A stretch of DNA of 62,950 nt, the filler included, from Candidatus Woesearchaeota archaeon (GTDB lineage Archaea > Nanobdellota > Nanobdellia > Woesearchaeales > JACPBO01), in NCBI GenBank assembly GCA_016180285.1. It is 5 parts of 5 records of this genome, joined end to end, with 100 filler letters (N's around TTAATTAATTAA, not from the genome) between each part and the next. Parts side by side here need not be neighbours in the genome. Positions count along the whole stretch, not along the records: positions 58,940 to 62,950 come from JACPBO010000027.1; 4 more parts are not named here. One strand, 5' to 3'. The notes beneath the pieces were generated by a model. The model was not told where the DNA came from and ran no database searches. It worked only from the letters and a program-made list of their open reading frames with translations. Shown one piece after another: positions 58,940 through 62,950 of the stretch. The translations under genes were made by a program, and so were the position numbers. How positions within the stretch are numbered: the stretch's first letter is position 1; every line of letters starts with the position of its first letter.

Positions 58940-59498
58940 TAAGCGGGCTGCTGAAGCTGCCTGCATTAAAGTTGATTTTCTGGTCTTGGTATTTTGCAGC
59001 AGCATCCGGGTCTTTTTTAATTATCCCTGAAATCTCAGCAAGAACGCTGTAAAGTCCCTCTCCGTATTCCTGCCTTGCAAAATACGGATTTAAAATATCC
59101 CTGCCGATTCTTCCGAGCATTGCGGCATTTAATGTTCCTTCCAATCCATAGCCCACTTCAAAGCGGTATGTTTTGTCATCGATCGCAATCAAAAGCAGCA
59201 ATCCATTGTCATTCTCCTTTTTTCCAATCCCCCACTCTTCGAACAGCTTGACAGAATACTCTTCAATGCTTGTTCCGTTTAGAGAGCCCATTATAACAAC
59301 AGCAATCTCAGCAGTTGTGTTTTTTTCAAGCTCAGCAAGAAAATCATTTATTTTTATCTTATGAGCATCATCAATGATATTCGCAAAGTCATTGACATAG
59401 CCAATTGGCTTAGGAAAATCAAGAGAAAATACAAAAGGGAGCATTAAGATTAAAAAGAATAAAGTTGCAGTTAAAAGATAACCTCTTTTTTCAATCAT
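58940..59498 (-). CDS. TPM-domain protein (3'-truncated)
   Basis: Signal/TM, YVNDFA, WGIG..NDNGLLLL, EVGYGLEG. Confidence 0.9.
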
Positions 59499-59499
59499 T

Positions 59500-61983
59500 T
59501 CATCCCATATAGCTTGGCTTCTCCTCTTTCATTTCCTTGCCGCGGGCTGTCCTGAATGAATCCTGTATTTCCTCATAAGCCTTTTCAACATCCTTTGTCA
59601 CAGAAGGCTTTATGGCCTTCATAGCTTCTTCAAAGTGCTTTATTGTAACTTCTTTTGATTTGATGTCTTTTCTTAAAGCAAGCATAGCAGCTTCCCTGCA
59701 TAATGCTTCAATATCTGCCCCAACAAAGCCTTCAGTCTCAGCAGCCAAATAAAATAGCATTTTATCTTTCTCCGATAAATCCTTGAATTTAATTAAATTC
59801 TCTTTAGAGCCCTTCTTGACTTTAAGTAAATCACTTTCCGTTATGGGTTCGTCAGCAGCCATTTTAGAAGTTAAATTAATTTTTTTATCTTTAAGACTCT
59901 CTTCTGCCTTTTTAAGTTCGTCCTTATCAATCTTAATCGGCATTCCTTTCGTATGGATTTCAAATATTTTTTTTCTTGTTTCCAGCTCAGGAACAGATGT
60001 TAAGATAATCCTGTCAAACCTGCCAGGCCTTAGCAATGCTGTGTCAAGCATATCCGGCCTGTTTGTTGCTGCTATAATCACAACATCATTTAGATCCTCA
60101 AGCCCGTCCATTTCAGTCAGCATCTGATTGACAACTCTTTCAGTCACATGAGCATCAGAACTTATTCCCCTCCTTGGAGCCAGGCTGTCTATTTCATCAA
60201 AGAAAATAATGCATGGAGCAGTCTGCCTTGCTTTTTTGAATACCTCTCTTACTGCTTTTTCAGATTCTCCTACCCATTTGCTGATCAATTCCGGGCCTTT
60301 AACCAAAATAAAATTAGACTCTGTTTCTTTTGCAACAGCTTTCGCCAGCAATGTTTTTCCGGTTCCAGGAGCGCCATAAAGCAAAATTCCTCTCGGCGGC
60401 CTTACACCCATAGTTTTGAATGCATCCGGAAACTTCAAAGGCCATTCGACTGCTTCTATCAGCTGCTGCTTTACATCATTCAATCCGCCAATATCAGTCC
60501 ATCTTACATTTGGAGTTTCAACAAACACTTCTCTCAATGCAGAAGGCCTTACTATCCTCAATGCTTCCTTGAAATCATTTTTTGTTATTATCAGTTTCTC
60601 TAAAACTTCCTTTGAAATCGGCTCTTCTTCTCTCAGCTTTATTTCGGGCAGTAGCCTTCTTAAAACAATCATTGCAGATTCTTTTGCCAATGCAGCCAAA
60701 TCAGCTCCAACAAAGCCATGCGTTACAGCTGCAATTTCATTGAGGTCGACATCCTTGTCAAGCGGCATATTCCTGGTATGTATCTTCAAAACATTAAGCC
60801 TTCCTTCCTTGTCAGGAACTCCGATTTCCACTTCCCTGTCAAATCTTCCTGGCCTTCTTAATGCAGGATCAAGAATATTCGGCGCATTCGTCGCAGCAAT
60901 CACAACAACCTTGCCTCTGCTTTTTAAGCCATCCATCATTGCAAGCAGCTGCGCAACAACCCTTCTTTCAACCTCTCCTTTAATGTCTTCCCTTTTTGGA
61001 GCAATTGCATCAATCTCATCTATAAAAATTATAGAAGGCGCTTCTTTTTCAGCTTCTTCAAATTTCCTTCTAACATTAGCTTCACTCTCTCCATAGTATT
61101 TACTCATCAGCTCCGGGCCATTGATCAGAATAAAATGCGAATTGCTCTCATTTGCAACTGCTTTCGCCAATAACGTTTTTCCAGTTCCTGGAGGGCCATG
61201 AAGCAGCACTCCTTTAGGCGGCTCTATGCCCAATCTCTGGAATATTTCAGGATGTTTTAATGGCAGCTCCACCATTTCCCTTATTTTCTTTATCTCATCT
61301 GTCAGGCCGCCAATATCTTCATAAGTTACTTCCGGAACGCGCTCTTCTGTAACCTCTACTGCTTCAGGGTTGTATGTAACCTCTGTTTCATCTGCTATAA
61401 TAACTGCCTGCTTCGGCATTGTGTCAGCAACTATAAACTTTAATTCGCTTATGCCTCCAAGATTAAATCCCATTATGTTTTCTTCAAAAATATCAGAGAA
61501 AATGTCTTCAAAAAACGGCGAAGAGCTCATTGTTGTGCGCCTTCTTTTAGTTCCTCCCAGTGAAACAATATCTCCCTTTACAACTGCTCTTCCTAGCAAG
61601 CCTTGCTTGAATATTTCCGGAGAAGCCTTTATGAAAACACCTTTTGTAGCAGGCGCGATTGTCACTTTTTTGGCTTCCTTTACATCAGCTTTCCTTACTT
61701 TTACAAGCTCGCCGATTCCTGTCTTTGCATTTCTTCTTATAATGCCGTCCATTCTTATGATATTTAATCCTATATCGCCTGGATAAGCACGGTCGGTGAT
61801 TGCCACTGTTTTTCGTTCGCCTTGTATCTCAACAATGTCGCCAGGCCTTGCATCTATCTCCCTCATAAATCCTGAGTCTATCCTGACTATGCCTTTGTTT
61901 ACATCATCCTGGCTGGCTTCAGCTACTTTTAAGCCCAATTCCTTCCCAGTTCCGGTTGGTTTGATGTCTTTAGCTTCAGCCAT
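59500..61983 (-). CDS. cdc48: CDC48/VAT AAA ATPase
   Basis: N-domain plus two AAA modules ([22 protein letters not shown] twice). Confidence 0.97.
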   Translation of the reverse strand: MAEAKDIKPTGTGKELGLKVAEASQDDVNKGIVRIDSGFMREIDARPGDIVEIQGERKTVAITDRAYPGDIGLNIIRMDGIIRRNAKTGIGELVKVRKADVKEAKKVTIAPATKGVFIKASPEIFKQGLLGRAVVKGDIVSLGGTKRRRTTMSSSPFFEDIFSDIFEENIMGFNLGGISELKFIVADTMPKQAVIIADETEVTYNPEAVEVTEERVPEVTYEDIGGLTDEIKKIREMVELPLKHPEIFQRLGIEPPKGVLLHGPPGTGKTLLAKAVANESNSHFILINGPELMSKYYGESEANVRRKFEEAEKEAPSIIFIDEIDAIAPKREDIKGEVERRVVAQLLAMMDGLKSRGKVVVIAATNAPNILDPALRRPGRFDREVEIGVPDKEGRLNVLKIHTRNMPLDKDVDLNEIAAVTHGFVGADLAALAKESAMIVLRRLLPEIKLREEEPISKEVLEKLIITKNDFKEALRIVRPSALREVFVETPNVRWTDIGGLNDVKQQLIEAVEWPLKFPDAFKTMGVRPPRGILLYGAPGTGKTLLAKAVAKETESNFILVKGPELISKWVGESEKAVREVFKKARQTAPCIIFFDEIDSLAPRRGISSDAHVTERVVNQMLTEMDGLEDLNDVVIIAATNRPDMLDTALLRPGRFDRIILTSVPELETRKKIFEIHTKGMPIKIDKDELKKAEESLKDKKINLTSKMAADEPITESDLLKVKKGSKENLIKFKDLSEKDKMLFYLAAETEGFVGADIEALCREAAMLALRKDIKSKEVTIKHFEEAMKAIKPSVTKDVEKAYEEIQDSFRTARGKEMKEEKPSYMG

Positions 61984-62065
61984 AAATGCACCCCTCTAGG
62001 CGAAAGAATATCCTGTAGCATTTATAAAGTTTTTGAATTTCGCTTTAAAGAACCCTATTTCTTCT

Positions 62066-62182
62066 GCTCTGCCTGCTCAGAAACCTTTGGAAGCGGTATT
62101 GGCGGAGGCAGGTTGATCTCCTTGCTCAGGATCAGCTCTTAGAGTTTCGATGTTGTACCAATCCTGATGCCTCGCGCAGAGC
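62066..62182 (+). ncRNA. Candidate ~117-nt structured RNA, unassigned
   Basis: About 54% GC in AT-rich intergenic DNA. Closing stem GCTCTGC/GCAGAGC plus internal helices; TTTAAAG about 22 nt upstream. Confidence 0.45.
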
Positions 62183-62230
62183 TGTGCAAAAACAGAAAGA
62201 TTTAAATAGTATGTATTCAATACATAATGT

Positions 62231-62950
62231 ATGGCAAACATAAAGTTTATTGGAAGAGAGAAGGAATTGAATAAGCTTGATGAGATTTCTAAAGATAACT
62301 TTTTCTTGATAGTTAAAGGCAGAAGAAGAATAGGCAAAACCTTATTATTAAGAAAATCATTTCCAAAGGCAATTTATATATTTATCTGGCCAGATAAGTC
62401 TATTGAGTGGATATTGGAACAGATATCTAATGAATACAAACTGCCGCAATTTAAGAATTTTGGCTCTCTTCTTGAGTATTTATTTGAGCAAGATAAAATG
62501 ATTATAATCGATGAGTTTCAGAATTTTCTAAATGTGGATAAGTCTATTTATGGAGAGATACAAAAAGTCATTGATGAAAGAAAACAAAAAAAGAGCGTGT
62601 TTCAATTAGCTGTTGCCGGCTCAAGTTATTCTTTGATGAATAAAGTTTTTTATGATTCTGCCTCCCCTTTATATGGCCGAAAAACACACGAAATAGACCT
62701 AAGTAATCTGGATACCTGCAGTTTATTCAAAGAATTGGATATTTCTTTAGAAGAATTTATTGAATTTTGGTCTGTTTTCGAAGGAGTTCCCTATTATTAT
62801 GAATTAATTGATTTAAAAAAAACAGCAAGAGATAATATCTTTAATTTAATTCTTTCGAGAGACTCCCAATTAAGGGAAGAAGGCAAGGCAATTCTTTCTG
62901 TAGAGTTTGGGAAAGATTCGAGAACATACAATACTGTTCTGGTTGCGATA
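62231..62950 (+). CDS. Archaeal ATPase (ATPase_2/DUF234-type), runs off window; absent from ORF track
   Basis: MANIKFIGREKEL...GRRRIGKT Walker A, IIDEFQ Walker B, AGSS, PLYGR. Confidence 0.88.
   Translation, partial: MANIKFIGREKELNKLDEISKDNFFLIVKGRRRIGKTLLLRKSFPKAIYIFIWPDKSIEWILEQISNEYKLPQFKNFGSLLEYLFEQDKMIIIDEFQNFLNVDKSIYGEIQKVIDERKQKKSVFQLAVAGSSYSLMNKVFYDSASPLYGRKTHEIDLSNLDTCSLFKELDISLEEFIEFWSVFEGVPYYYELIDLKKTARDNIFNLILSRDSQLREEGKAILSVEFGKDSRTYNTVLVAI

Overview
Archaeal DNA, most consistent with a DPANN (Woesearchaeota-like) metagenome-assembled genome. The evidence is the archaeal-type ribosomal proteins (L32e, L19e, S4e, N-terminally extended S14), SUI1, RFC, pelota, CDC48, PriL and BRE/TATA promoters; the lineage call is inference. 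The window is five contigs joined by 100-bp N spacers containing TTAATTAATTAA, so adjacency across them is unproven. Core content: a XerA-type recombinase, GyrA with a 152-aa mini-intein, three peptidases, tyrS, a solo Cas4, two PRC-barrel proteins, rfcS, pelota, a three-gene transhydrogenase, asd/lysA/dapF/dapL, a DEAD-box helicase, an ATP-dependent ligase, ribA, the L3-to-SecY ribosomal cluster and cdc48. No CRISPR array, tRNA, recognisable rRNA or transposase was seen. Most notable unexplained features: (i) a recurring TG(T/G)TAA(G/C)T(A/T)A end motif that bounds a 178-bp MITE-like element and a 1.7-kb transposase-free gene island and recurs beside another accessory gene; (ii) a hydrolase gene bracketed by a perfect 12-bp inverted repeat; (iii) a five-gene surface operon (prepilin-like protein, polytopic membrane protein, three paralogous lipoproteins); (iv) three structured non-coding segments (rpl3 leader, a ~117-nt ncRNA candidate, a multi-hairpin element); (v) an unannotated 47-aa zinc-finger gene after gyrA.
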